Origin: Selaginella moellendorffii
Lineage: Eukaryota > Plantae > Lycopodiophyta
DNA length: 64,000 nt
Assembly (NCBI RefSeq): GCF_000143415.4
Contig: NW_003314269.1
Location: 2,425,544 to 2,489,543 of the forward strand
Direction of reading: 5' to 3'
Made by a program: the position numbers and the translations under genes. Below the pieces are notes generated by a model that had not been told where the DNA came from, made no database searches, and saw nothing but the letters and a program-made list of their open reading frames with translations. Below are positions 49,107 through 62,786 of this stretch, piece by piece (the first letter of the stretch is position 1; each line of letters begins with the position of its first letter).

Positions 49107-50890
49107 CGAACTCCATCGAGCTTTCCTTCGTACTGCTGCCTCCGATTGCGATGTGACTCGCCATCAATCAATTGGAGATCATGCAATTTGGTGGCACACC
49201 TGTTTGCCGTCCTTGCTCGCATTCATTCCAGAGATTCGCTTTCCCTGCTGCTTTAGCAGCAAAACAAAGAAAAATAATGCGTACGACAGTGGATCTAATG
49301 CCGTACTTTAGCCGGCCTCCTGCCTTTTGTCACGTATAAACAAAGGAGCGAAAGGTTCCTCGATCGAGAGACAATGTTCATCGTCAGGTAATGCTTACGT
49401 ACTTGGCGTACGTGAGTGTCATCCCCTCTCTGGATTCAATCCACCGCGGGAATATATTTTTGGTGGAGCTGCATTGTCAAGCAAAGGATTCCTTTCTCTT
49501 TTCCTCGCCACCTCCGCTCATACCACAGGATTTCCACTAAACGACTTTGAGATAAGAACCAAGGTTCCACAACCTTATTATTATTGTACAGTGTCATACG
49601 CAGCACCACTTATCAGGTGCCCTTATCTAGCCAGACTCCTCCACGCAAAGACTTGGACTTGGGCGAGCTGGAAGCTCCGCACTGTTACTATAGCAACAAT
49701 GTTAAACATAAAGAATCCTCTGCGAAAGCTGCTACAACTATCGCTTTGTGTGTGTAGATTGATGGCGAAAGTGGCTTTGATTGTATAGCGCAAACAATGA
49801 AGTTACATCCATACCTAGAAGTGCTTGGCACAGGGGTTCCTTTTCTCGCCCTTCTTACAGGTTTAAGTACCTGCAATTGCGGCCTTTTCCCGTCGCTGGC
49901 AGCACAGCACATTTACGAAGAATTTGTCACAGCAGCACCAAAGCGGGGAGGAGCCCAATTCAAGTGTGATGGCGACCCACACTCGCGGGACGTGCTGCTG
50001 ACGCTTTCAAGACGGTGACAACGACGATTACTTTATATCTCTTTCAGGCCCTTTTCTTTCATTGAACGTTGTGTAACTTGGGTGGCTGGTTTTCTCACTG
50101 CTCCAGTGTCTGATCCTCAGCTCTGTGACCTGACCTGACTTGCTTGTGTTCAACAAACAGCAGCTGCAACAACGACAACAACACCGGCAGTAAAATAGCG
50201 GCAGTAGATTCACAGACGAACGGTCGTAAAACATTGGATTGGATCAAAGAGTTTGGTATGAAGAATCTGAACGATGCCTGTTTTTCGCGAAGTCACTTTA
50301 CCGTACAGAGGCAGATGTGGATTTCATTGCTCCGTGTCTTTTCTTCATCTTGCCCTTCCGTCCCCATTTGTTAGGTACTGAACATACCGCCAACTTTGTT
50401 ATAATATTGCACGCACGTCGGCGTCGTGCGATTGCCACATCGTTGGTCTTTTTTTTTTTCTCAGGTTTCTTCCACCGACTCGCGGAATTGGATTTGCCCT
50501 AATTCAAATGTATGTAAGTATAAATATACATAAGATGTTCGCTGTAATCGAGCGAAGCTCTTTGGCTGGCTGGCTGATGGGGATGTATGTGCCCCGTGAT
50601 TTATCACAGTCTAGTCGCTGAATCTAGAACCCAACATCACACGACATTTTGTCCGCCTCACCTCACTCGGCTCCTTTAAACACACGCATATGTGTATGGA
50701 TCACTCACACACTTGTCTCTTTCAGTTCCTTTACTGCTGTGTGTGTTGTTTTTGTGGAAAATGTGCAGCGGTCATGCATTGCAGATAGAGCGTCACAGAA
50801 ACATGACCTTTGTAGTTTACACGTTTGCTTGCTTGGCGGTCCTGTTCTCCACTATCAAGATAGTCTTTGGCGGTATGCTTATGTGAGCTT

Positions 50891-50962
50891 GGGCATTTGG
50901 TCTAGTGGTATGATTCTCGCTTTGGGTGCGAGAGGTCGCGAGTTCGATTCTCGCAATGCCCC
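50891..50962 (+). tRNA. trnP-UGG: tRNA-Pro (anticodon UGG)
   Basis: Acceptor stem GGGCATT...AATGCCC; D-loop TGGTCTAGTGGTATGA; anticodon arm CTCGC-TT-TGG-GT-GCGAG; T-loop GTTCGATTC; downstream T-runs at ~51005-51017. Confidence 0.96.
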
Positions 50963-52067
50963 TAGCCTCCCAACACCTTTATATATAAGCCTGAGAGCTC
51001 TTTCTTTTCTTTTTTTTGGATCATCCGTAACGGCATTGTGAATTGATTGAGCCAGGAATTCCCCTTGCTGTAGGCTCTATGGTCCTCTCCCTGGGTGCCT
51101 TTTCTTAATACCCTGGCATCCCGAATCTCTAGCAACAAAAATCTCTCGTTCCTTGCTTTGTCGACTCACGCTGGTAAACTTTGCGATCTTAGCACAGGAA
51201 GTTTTCAGAAACCGAACTTGAAACAATTCAATTAAAACAAAATTGACACAACTGGATTCAGCACTTGCCTTGTCAAAAGACAGGTTTTGCAGCACACACA
51301 AAACAGCTTTGTCTGCTCCACTGCATCCAAAATTTGGAGAATCAGGTTATGACACCTTGGCAGCCTCTTCTCTATAAGCATCGTTGTACCAAGAGTCCTA
51401 GTGATTGTCCTTGTAGAAGTGTTTCCTTGTGAAGCTCTAGAATCAAAGTTCGTGCTCGAACTATGCTGGTTTCCTCCAAAATCAGTCGTTTCTTGTCAAT
51501 GCAAGCATGGCCATGATGGTGTCCTGAGCAGTCACCATATCGATGATGGAACAACTGCTGTATTGTGTCCCTGCTAACTGTCGAGTTGCCTCTCTCCCTT
51601 AAACTTCCAACTTCGAGTTTTAAAAACCTCCCAGTTGAGAAAAGAACTAAGCTGATCTTGTTGAATAGCAATTTCAAAAAGTTTTTAAAAAAAAACCAAA
51701 AGAGATAATTCAATTATTAACAAAAATTAAAATAAGAAACAAAACTCGGCAAACTAATAAATAACAATTATACAAAAAATAAAACTTATATGTATATATT
51801 ACATTTTTTTAATTTTTATATTTATAGTTTATAAAACAAGAATAAAGGAAATAGAAATTATAATAAGGGATTTTAAAATAATAAAAATAAATTCAATAGA
51901 AAATAATACAGCCTCTGTAAGTGCTTGGAATATGGAAATAATTATATTAATTGAGGTTTAAATTCCTGCTTATATACATGACAAAATTCAGTCCCAGATA
52001 AATAATTTATATGTTATACTAATATAATTAGTGTATTACCTAAGCAAGGTAGTATGTATGTTGTATA

Positions 52068-52083
52068 TACATACATACATACA

Positions 52084-52133
<50 letters not shown>
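52068..52133 (+). repeat. (TACA)n(TA)n microsatellite
   Basis: Read directly. Confidence 0.95.
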
Positions 52134-52703
52134 AAACATGTATTTACCAATATGAAGAATATAAGTCAAATGGAATATCTAGAGTTTCCACTATGATTAT
52201 ACAATACCACAAGAATTTGAAATTCCCATAAAACCACTAATTTAATTGTTGACAGCCATGATAGAAACAAAACCTAAAGACATAGCAGGATTTTGATAAA
52301 TTAATTGCAACTCTATATGCAATTAATAAATGCTTAAACAAACATAAAAACCATAACTATGAACTAAAGCAAGGCATTTCAAGGATAATTATAATCCACA
52401 AAACACTATTGTAATAAATGATAAATTTTATCTTTGCATCATCCATTCAATCAATCTTCAAAATCATTATTAACTCAAATTCACAATTTTTATCCTTGTC
52501 TAGCATCATATATTAGAAGTCAGACTTACTTTATACAAATTAGTTACATTCATCTTCCTATATTTGCCTTAAATAATTAGGGTTAGGCATTTCATTCAGA
52601 TTCACCACATTAATTTTGACAAAGGTGAATGGGCATAGTTTTAGTGTAATGGGTTAATATGTCAGTGGTACCTTTGGGTGTCAGTCATAGGGTTGGACAC
52701 GTG

Positions 52704-52855
52704 TGTAGGAATAATGATGAACACGACAAGTAGTCCGAATCGTGATCAGATCTCTGGTGATTTCTGATTTGATTGAAGTTGTATATATATACAACTATAT
52801 ATGAATCAACGTGTGTTGAAGTGAAATCTATTGTTCTTGCTCCGCTTTTCTTTCT
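52704..52855 (+). repeat. 5' LTR (TG...CT)
   Basis: Matches 57192-57343 at 143/152 positions by manual comparison. Confidence 0.95.
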
Positions 52856-52912
52856 TGGTATCGGAGCGTTGGTTTCTGAACTCTTTCTTCTCCTTTCTTT
52901 GTGCCTCACATC

Positions 52913-55900
52913 ATGAGCTGCAGCAAAGTTGGATTGATCTTGCTTCAGGGAGTCACTGCCTTTGATGGGAGGAGAGGGTTCAACACTTGGTCCGAGAAAA
53001 TGATGCGTGTGCTGCAGATGGAAGAACTCTGGGAAATCGTTTCACCACCAACAATCGCTGCAGATGCTCGTACGCGGCGAGCCCCTGCTGCGTTGGGAGC
53101 TTCAACTTCAGTGGAAGGAGAAGTCATGGATGAAGAGGCAATTCATGCCTCTGTTATAGCAGCTCGACAACAGCTTGATCTAGGGGAACAAGCTGCGCTG
53201 GAGAAGAAGAAATCTCGAGCAAAAGGATTGATTCTTTCTAAGCTTGCAGATGCCCTTATGATGCGTTTGCGTCATAAGTGTGCTTGTGAGATCTAGGCTC
53301 ATCTCCACAACAAGTATGCTGTTCTTTCCCTCTCCAAGATTAGCATGGTCGAGACTTGCATTCATGAGACCCGTTTTCATCCATACGAGAACTTTGAAGA
53401 GTTCCTCGCCAAGATGCAAGATCTGTGGATGGAGCTTGAAGGCAGTCCAGCAGCGTTCAACGAAAGCAAGAAAGTTCTGGCACTTTGCGAGGCCATGCAA
53501 GATTCTTCTTTTAGTTCTTTCGTCCCTACCGTTCGCATGATGTCACTCAACTTTGAACAAGCTGAGCAAACTTTACGCTCGGAGCTGGCTGCGAGAGGTT
53601 TGATTGTGGACTTTGATCAGAGGCCTTCCCATGTTTTGATCTCACAGTCTACATCAAATGCTTCTGCATCAAGCAATCAGTCAGGGACTGATTCAGCTCT
53701 GTGGGCTGGAAATCATCAAGGCAGAGGAGGCCGCGGAAGAGGAGGACGAGGCAAAGGTCGCGGGTTTAGGGGAAATCCGCAACAGCAGCAGAATTCAGGG
53801 AATTCTGGTAAAGAAGCAGTAGTTCGGGATTGTTTTGTGGGCAAGAACAAACAGGAATGCTGGACCTGTGGGATGCCAGGGCACTACTCCAAGGATTGCC
53901 CAGTTGCAGCTTGGCTGCAACGCATGAACATAGGGCTCGCAGCAAATGCTCAGGAAGGGGAAACATAGGAACTTGCGGCATCATCTGAGGTAGCAGTTCC
54001 AAACGTTTCTGAAAAACTGACCATCGATTCAGGTTCAGAGAGACACCTGATGCAAAGCGGGTCGAACTTTGTGCAGTTGCGTGCTGCAAAAGGGAAGTGC
54101 ATTCGTGTGGGAGATGGAAGCATTTTACCTGTTCGTGCAACTGGGGATGTGCGAGTTCCACTGGGAAGAAAGTCTCTGCTCTTGAAGAATGTGTGGTATG
54201 TTCCAAAGATAGTGAAGAATCTGGTTTCTGTAGCCAGGCTTACGGATGAAGGTCTGGATGTGAATTTCTCCAAACATCAATGTCAAGTTCTTGCAAATGG
54301 CCGTCCATTACTACATTTTCCCAGATGTGGTAACCTATTTGAGAAGGAGATATCTTCTGGAGAAAAATCGAATGCTCCTGAGATATGCATGACTGCAGAT
54401 AGTTCTCTCTGGCATTCTAGACTTGCACATGCCAATCCCCCTCTCATCAGGCGTATGCAGAAGCAGGAGCTTGTGGATGGCTTCAATGACCATGTTCTTC
54501 AAAGTTTAGCAAAATGTCACACTTGCATTCTTGGCAAGCAAACCCGTCGTACTTTCAAACCTGCTGTGACCAGAAGCACTCATCCCTTGCAGCTCATTCA
54601 CTCAGATGTTTGTGGACCCATGCGACTGTTTGCTCAGAATGGCACGAAGTATTTTGTGACATTTACAGATGATTTCTCTAGGCACACGGACATCTTCTTT
54701 CTTTGTCACAAAGATGAAGTCTTTAGCAAATTCAAGCAATTCGTAGTAGAAGCCGAAGTGAAAACTGGTCAGAGGGTTGGTTGTTTACGTACTGATTCAG
54801 GAGGGGAATACGTCAACAAGTCCTTTCAGCAATTCTGTGCTGAACGAGGAATTCTTCATCAGCGCTCTTGCTCTCATACCCCTCAACAGAATGGAGTCTC
54901 TGAGCGCAAGAATAGGACAATCATGAACGCAGTTCGGTGCTTCCTTCAAGAATCAGGACTACCAAAATTCCTTTGGGCTGAAGCAGTTGGATCAGTTGTG
55001 CATGTTCAAAACCTTCTCCCTCATTCTCGCAATCCCAACAAGATCCCAGAAGAGCTTTGGACTGGTCAAAGACAATTGGTGGTGCATCTCAGGCGTTTTG
55101 GTTGTTTAAGCTTTGCAAAAAGGGTGGATGAGCATCTTGGCAAGTTGGAGAGCAGAAGCAAGTTGGCCTTTCTTGTTGGATACGATTCCAATTCAAAAGG
55201 ATATCGCCTGTACCAGCCTAGTAATCATCAAATTTTTGTAAGCACTGATGTTCGTTTTGATGAAGGAACACTCTACAAAGATCATGTTCAAGAAGAAGGA
55301 AGCTCAGATCAGAACATGAACTGGACTCCAGAAGAATGGAGTTGGGATGGTGTTGAAGACGGTGATGAAGATGACGATGATCTGACAATCATCTATCCCT
55401 CATCTCCTTTAGCAGATGATCATCCAACACCAGTCTCTGGATCTTTTCTTCCTGAAGAACAGGGCGATGCTACTCATCGTGCACGAACTGGAGAAGTCGA
55501 CAAGCTCACACATGATCTACCATTCAATGTGGAGAACTATGGGCGGACATCATCTGGACGATCAAGTAGAGCACCTCATCCCAAGCAATGGTCTTTGCAG
55601 CAACAGAAATAGCTTCTGAACCAGTCAACTTTGAGCAGGTGATTCAAGCTCCTGATGCAGATAAGTGGATTTCAGCAATGCAAGATGAGTTGAATTCTCT
55701 TGATGAGAACCAGACTTATGACTTGGTGGAAGCTCCTGAAGGACGTGAAGTTGTTGGATCACGCTGGGTGTTCAAGCTTCACAGAAATCCTAATGGATCG
55801 GTACAGCGTTACAAAGCAAGACTTGTTGCTCAAGGATATTCACAAGTTCTTGGAGTGGATTTTGATGAGACCTTCTCACCAATTGTGAAGCAGACAAGTA

Positions 55901-57177
55901 TCAGAATGCTTCTGGCTTTTACAGTGGAGTTTGGTTTGTGCGCACATCACATGGATGTAAAAACAGCCTTCCTTAATGGGAACTTGAAGGAGGAGATATT
56001 TATGTGGCAACCCCCAGGCTTTGAGCTTTTTGGATCACGGTGCTCCGAACTCATCTTCAAGCTTTGCAAGGCTCTTTATGGCCTTAAGCAGGCTTCCCGT
56101 CAATGGTATGAATGTTTGGATTCTTTTCTTATGGATCTCGGTATGCAGAGGTTGAACAGCGATGGAAATTTATATCTTCTTCAGCAGGGTGATCACTTTG
56201 TTGTGATAGCAGTTTATGTGGATGACTGTTTGATTGTCAGCAACAATCACACTATTTTGAAGGATGTGAAGATCAAGCTTATGAACAGGTTTGTGATGAA
56301 GGACTTAGGGGCTGTGCGGCAGCTGTTAGGGATGGAAGTTGACAGGGATGAAGCAGACAGGACAATCACCCTCACACAGTGCCAATATGTGAAGAAGCTT
56401 CTCAACCAGTTCAACATGACAAGTTGCAAATCCGTGGCTACACCAGTCGTCACTGGCATCAAGTTCACAAGCAAGATGGATGATTTATTTGATCAGCCCT
56501 CGGTCTATCGATCACTTGTTGGAGGACTACTCTACCTCGCCAACATGACTCGTCCCGACATCTCCTTTGCCGTTGGTCTCCTCAGCCGATACATGCAGTC
56601 TCCGAGTTGTTATCATTGGCAGATGGCGAAAAGAGTTTTGAGGTATTTGAAAGGAACAGCTGCTCATGGATTGGTTTACAAATGCTCAGGTCAATCCAAA
56701 CTTGTTCTTCAAGCTTACTGTGATGCAGATTGGGCTGGCAACTTGGATACACAACATTCAACCTCTGGAATTTGCTGCATAATTGCCGGTGCTCCGGTTT
56801 CATGGGGAAGCAAGAAGCAAATGACAGTTGCTCTTTCCAGTGCAGAAGCAGAATACGTAGCTGCCAGTACAGCAGCAAGGGAGATCATCTGGCTTCGTCG
56901 ATTACTTGGAGAACTCAATCAACAGCAATCAGATGCGACCATTCTGCATTGCGACAGCAGAAGTGCAATCGCCATGTCAAAGAATCCTGTGTTTCATGCT
57001 CATACGAAACATATAGACGTGCAGCATCACTTCATTCGCGAACATGTAGCAGCCGGAGATCTTCACCTGGAATACGTTCCTTCACAGTATCAGTTGGCAG
57101 ACCTTCTAACCAAGCCACTTTCGGAGCTCACATTCATCAAGCTGAGGAATCAACTTGGAGTGTCAAGCACACCCTGA
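52913..57177 (+). pseudogene. Copia gag-pol polyprotein, disrupted
   Basis: Zn knuckle CWTCGMPGHYSKDC, protease IDSGS, WHSRLAH...CHTC, integrase HSDVCGP/RTDSGGEY/NGVSERKN, RT YVDD, RNase H YCDADWA. TAG stops at 53294 and 53966; frameshift before ~55590. Confidence 0.95.
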
Positions 57178-57191
57178 GCTTGAAGGGGGAG

Positions 57192-57343
57192 TGTAGGAAT
57201 AATGATGAACATGACAAGCAGTCTAAATCGTGATCAGATCTCTGGTGATTTCCGATTTGATTGAAGTTGTATATATATACAGCTATATATGAATCAATGT
57301 GTGTTGAAGTGAAATCCGTTGTTCTTGCTCCGCTTTTCTTTCT
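57192..57343 (+). repeat. 3' LTR (TG...CT)
   Basis: Directly follows the PPT and is followed by the ACGTG TSD. Confidence 0.95.
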
Positions 57344-59929
57344 ACGTGAAGCATGAACCATATGCAAATATTGAATAGTATAGATCATTTCAAAATCCAT
57401 ATATTCCTCATAACTTTAATAGCATTCTTTCATCCTCACTCTATTGTTGGGGTTGGAATCCCATCTATCCCTTCTACCCACTCATCTTGAAGAAAGATAA
57501 GTATGAAGTGTTGAAGCAAAGAGGAAAAAGTGAAAAAAATTAAAGAAGAAACAAAATGGAAGAAGAAAAAGTAATGTTAATTTCAATAATTGTCAAGTTA
57601 GAAATAGGAAAATAAAAAGAAACATCTAGCAACATTTAATAGCTATACTTTTATAGCTATATAGACTTTTATAGCTATACTTTTCCTCTGTGGCACCATT
57701 GAGCAGCACTATTTAACAATGCCATGGAGCAATAGCACTCAGTAAGCTTGCGGCCCTCACTATGGTGTTGCTTGGCCAAGGGCTATGGCCATGGCACTGC
57801 TAGGAAAAGGCTATGGCTAGATTGCCTAACTTGAGCAAAAGAGAGATGGAGCTAGCATCCAGTAGATCCAACACAAGATCAAGCAGTTCATGCAACAAAT
57901 ACTTTGCAATAAATTTCTCCTCAGTAATCAAGATTTAATTTAGATTGACTATAGCACAGGCCATGGCACTACCAGGCCATGGCCAGACCGTGGTGCTGCT
58001 GAGCCCTGGAGTTTCATGGCCCGAGCAGCCATGATATATGTATGTGTTTTGAAACCAAAACTCTGGTATCAGTTTTATATATTTGTACTTTTTATATAAA
58101 TTTTGATTAAAAAAAATATGGAAGCCAAAAATGGATGTTAAAAATGTGCTTTCCTTGATATAATATGAGAAGTTTGAATATCTTTTTCTAGCACTAGAAG
58201 CTTTCATTTCCAGGCTCCTACTTAGTTATGATATATACTGCTTATCAACATTTGTGGGGTAAAGCATTACCTCAAACAAAGCAAACCACTGCTCTTGCCA
58301 CATATCAATCACTTGGGAATGGGTTTTCAATAAATTCATGGCCTCTCAATTCATTAGATATTTGACTGAAAAAAAATATCACCAATAACTCCAAAGGAAA
58401 ATGAAGTTAAAAGTTTCATTTGCACCTTAAATAATGCATTGGATTAGCCTTTAGATTTTCATTTGTGTCTCTAAATTCCTTAAGAGCACCCTTCTAGCAT
58501 CATTTGGCAATCAAGACATACAGCAAATGTGGTTTATTGATTTTGTATAGTTTTTTGTATGTTAAAATTAAATTTGTGTATGGTTATCTATGTGATAGAT
58601 TTTTGTATAATTTCAACATTTTGTATAGTTTTTTTCTCTGGCACACCAATACTTTCTTTCTTATAGTTTTCTCATATCATTTTTATAGCTCAGTAATATA
58701 TATATTTATAGTTCATTGATGCATTTTTCAATGTGGTTATCCAAATAGTTTTTTAAATCTCATACACTATATGTTTATTCATATTGATTATAATGCAATT
58801 ATTCCTATCACACTATAGTCATAATATTATTCCTACAATACTTTTGTTATTCATTTTTCTTACTTTGTATAAGTTTTAACAATAAATGGTATATTATACC
58901 AAAAAAATACAATAATAATAACAATTGTTAAATTTTAAAACAATTCTGCTTTTAACTAGGGTTTCAATTCTTCACAACTGTCTGCGTTTGGGCACTCAGA
59001 GCTAAAGGTTGGAAATGATCTTGCCCGGCTGGTGGGCGGCGGGCCACTCACTACAGTGGCATGGCTATGGCTGCTGCCGTGGCCAGTGGCTTGGCAGGTG
59101 GTTGTGGCCAGTGGCCATTGCCGCTGCCACTAGCCTTGGCCGTGGCTGTTGCCTTTGACGGTGACCATGGTAATGGTGCTACATTTACATCAGCTCCAAG
59201 TTTTTTATAGTCTCCATGGAGCAACTTTACTTGGTAATTTTGTTGTTGAACTTGTATTCTCTCAGCAACATCATGTTGAGGAATTTCTGAATCAAGGTTT
59301 CCAAAGCATTGTCCACCTAGAACGAGATTCAAAAGTTTTAGCATAGGAGAAACCTTTATAGCATCTTTCGCTGCCTCTTTCCCTAAGGAGAACTATTGCA
59401 CCATTGTTGAAGCCTGGGAGAAAAGAGACTAAAGCTAAAGAAACTCCAAAAAGACCAACAAAAAAAAACTTGCCACCATCACTATATAGCTTTTGAGCAA
59501 ATTCTGAAGCCAACTCCAAAGATTTTGAGCAATCTAGTGATCCAGGAGAATTCAGCTATGCTCTAGAGAGGACACAACTACATATGATGCAGCTAAAACT
59601 ATACATAAGCCTAGACATTTTTTGTATTTGTCAAAAGAATAATTATATATAATTTTCTATATCAAGCACTACTGTTCTTATTTCTCTCACTATAATGTTG
59701 TCACCCACTACGATCCACAGCATGGCCTCTATGAAGCTACATGAATCAGGACCAGTCATGCCATTGGGATTCAATTAGCTAGACAATCCATACCTCATCC
59801 TCTACATAGAGATCTCCAACTAAGCATTTGTCATCCGGGCACTGCTTTCATTCCAAGTGTGGCCATTGCCACAGCTCAAGGAAGTAATTTAGCCAACATT
59901 GATTCGTCCAAAGGAGGCACGCCTCCCCC

Positions 59930-61149
59930 TTAGCACGACTCTAAACAGATAAAACGCACTGCAAGTTGGCAAAACAGGTCAATACCTTTGTACGAGTGGT
60001 AGTAGATCTTGTTCTTCCGAACGTGCACTTGAGTATGGACATCAAGGATGCCAGAAGTGTAGAATCGCCCACCAAAGATCCGCAAATACAGTGTCCAGCA
60101 GCGATGTTTCTCCACGTCTCAACTCGGGCAGAACCAGCATTCTAAAGGAAATACTTGAGCATCATCAGAATCGCCCTGAGAAACAGAACAAAACTACAAT
60201 CAGAATATGTTATTTAATGCACAAACTAAGCTTCTGACCTCCTCCTCGCCAGACTCCTCATCCTGGGCCTGAATCAAAGTGAAAACAAATTTCACAACCG
60301 TATATTTTCCGTGCACACAAACCAAGAAACCTTACCAAAACATATTTCTCGAATTCCAAGGCAAAGCCTTCGAAGTCCTCTCGAAGGCGCGTCATAGCTT
60401 GCATGCCCTTCACATCACTTTTAAATCGAAACAGCTTGCACAGCCGAGTGTAATCCTGGTGTGAGGGTACAAAGATGCATTGGAACATGTCAACAAGCGC
60501 CAGGTGATACCCCTCGTTCTTTCCCTTGACGTAGATCCTGAAGAGCAATGTAAGCATGAAAAGATGAGAGTAGAAAGGGAGTAACCTTGTCCCGACATAA
60601 CATCAGCGCAGCGTTTAGACCTCCATAAAACTTGTTCTTAGTCTCAGATGCTTTAAAAGGGTTGTATAAAACAATTACCTTAGATTTAAAATATTTCTGA
60701 AAATTATTGTCTTTACAACCTGAATTTAAACATCCAAATGCTTTTGCTGTCTTTTTCACATTCTAAAGCTCTTTACAGTTCAGCTGCTTCTCAAACTCAC
60801 TACCAAAGTAGTCCACGAGAAGGCGCCCACAATCCTTAAGTTTCAGTGGTGCTGCGTCCTCGTTGATGCCTCGCTGCCTGAAGTGCTCGTCCCTCACCAT
60901 GGACGTGCTCGCATTCTGTTCCATTCGGGAGCTCGAATTCCGTCTAAAGTTTCGTGAAACTTACAATGCCATGGAATCCGCATACCTGGATGATTGGAAA
61001 GGTGCTCGCAGCAGACTTCTGTCCAGTAGCCAGTCGCACAGTGAGAAGTTCCTGGTCCAGTCACCAAGGGCTGGATTTGCATAGCCCCCTGTAGCCGGTA
61101 GACTTTCTGCCAAGACTCCCTTGCACTTTGTTCTTGGTCTCTTGGTCAT
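59930..61149 (-). pseudogene. Multi-exon pseudogene of an unrecognised family
   Basis: Coding-like segments bounded by GT-AG sites (e.g. exons ~60335-60537 and 60239-60268). In-frame stops at ~60961, ~60763 and ~60119. Confidence 0.5.
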
Positions 61150-62586
61150 GAAGTTGAAAATGGCACTGGCGTGACAAAAGAAATTACATTTTCATACCTT
61201 TGTCCAGACAATTTATTTTTTTATTGTTTTTAACATTTGTTAATGTTAAATATAAATCAGGTTTAGTGAGCATTCTAATAGCTAATAGTAATAGCTTTTC
61301 TATTGATGGTGTGTGAACTCCAGGAAATATATTGAAATCAGCCATAATAATACAGGCCATTAAGACCACTTAAAAGTGTTATTTACCTAGTCTCTTACAC
61401 TTAAGCTGCCCTTAGCCCTCCATTCTGATGGCCATGGCATCTTTCTTTGACAATGCTTAACACCCTGAGATTTATTAAGACATGATTTTGCTATACTATG
61501 ATAAACATTTGAATAGTAATTACAAACTAAATGGAAGGAAAAATCCCAAATGTTGTGGTTGTAAAGGGGAATTTTCTTTTCTCCAGATCTATCATTTTGT
61601 CCAAAGTCTAGAAGTGAGAATCTTAAGAGATCACTTGGGCTGTATCACTATTACCGCTTATAATAACATTATATAGACTTTTGAAGATTCGCAAGTTAAG
61701 CATAATTGTAATTATCTTTAAGCATTGATAATTACTAGACAAAAAATATGTATTATGTAAGATACTAAATTACAATTATTTTGTAAGATAGGTGAAGAAA
61801 AAAACTTAGGATTATTTTTAGAACACTAGTGATTATGCTTTATGTTACATAGAGAAAAACAAGATTACCATCATTTTGAAGTTTAAAGAAGCATAAATAT
61901 TATTTTATTTCCATAAAATATTCTCCAAAAAATTAAGTGAAATCTTAAAATTTGATTCTACTAATAATATAGTTATTCTATTAATCTAGCACTTAAGGTT
62001 GTAAAATATCTTATTTTAACTAGTAATTTAATGAATGAGATAAATAAATTTAAAATAAATTTAAAAGGGAAGAAAAAATACTGAATTTTATAATTGTAAA
62101 CACTGATTTGACAAGATTTTTGTCATTTTAATATTTTTTATTAACTGTTTAAAGATTAAAAAATTGCAATTCATGTATTTCATTTTTCACAAAATTAATG
62201 ATAAATTGATGTATATTGCCCTTGTGTGAGAGTAATACCAATATCAGAAGATAATGAATTTTTATAATCTGTTAGATGGATGCCATTTTTGTTTATTTCA
62301 ATACAAAATAACTTATATTGTATAAATTATTTAAATTTATTTATAAATTAAATTATAATTACTAAATTTAACAAATAATTTCAATATAGTAAAAATATTA
62401 TAAATAAAATAAACGTAAAACTGAAATAAATTAAAAGACTCATGAGAGAATTTTATTTAACTTGTTCTTAGAAGATCAAAATAATTTTTATCCTTTATTA
62501 AGATTATATATAATTAAAAAAGCTAAAAGACATATTAAATTCTGGTTTAATGTACTTATTTTATTATTGGATATATATATTTATTA

Positions 62587-62686
62587 NNNNNNNNNNNNNN
62601 NNNNNNNNNNNNNNNNNNNNNNNNNNNNNNNNNNNNNNNNNNNNNNNNNNNNNNNNNNNNNNNNNNNNNNNNNNNNNNNNNNNNNN
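62587..62686. other. Assembly gap (100 N)
   Basis: Run of N. Confidence 1.

Positions 62687-62786
<100 letters not shown>

Larger units (their letters stand above)
52704..57343 (+). mobile_element. Full-length Ty1/copia LTR retrotransposon (defective)
   Basis: 152-bp LTRs; ACGTG target-site duplication (52699-52703 and 57344-57348); PBS TGGTATCGGAGC 52856-52867; PPT GAAGGGGGAG ending at 57191; gag-PR-INT-RT-RH order. Confidence 0.97.

Noticed and set aside
51044-51064. miR171-like TGATTGAGCC
   Set aside because: Only the first 10 nt match, and no hairpin partner was seen.
52697-52703. Copia targeting of a G-box (empty site CACGTG)
   Set aside because: Single instance in gene-poor DNA; probably chance.
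57700-59900. DNA transposase (Harbinger/CACTA) remnant
   Set aside because: No convincing catalytic motif, TIR or TSD could be read.
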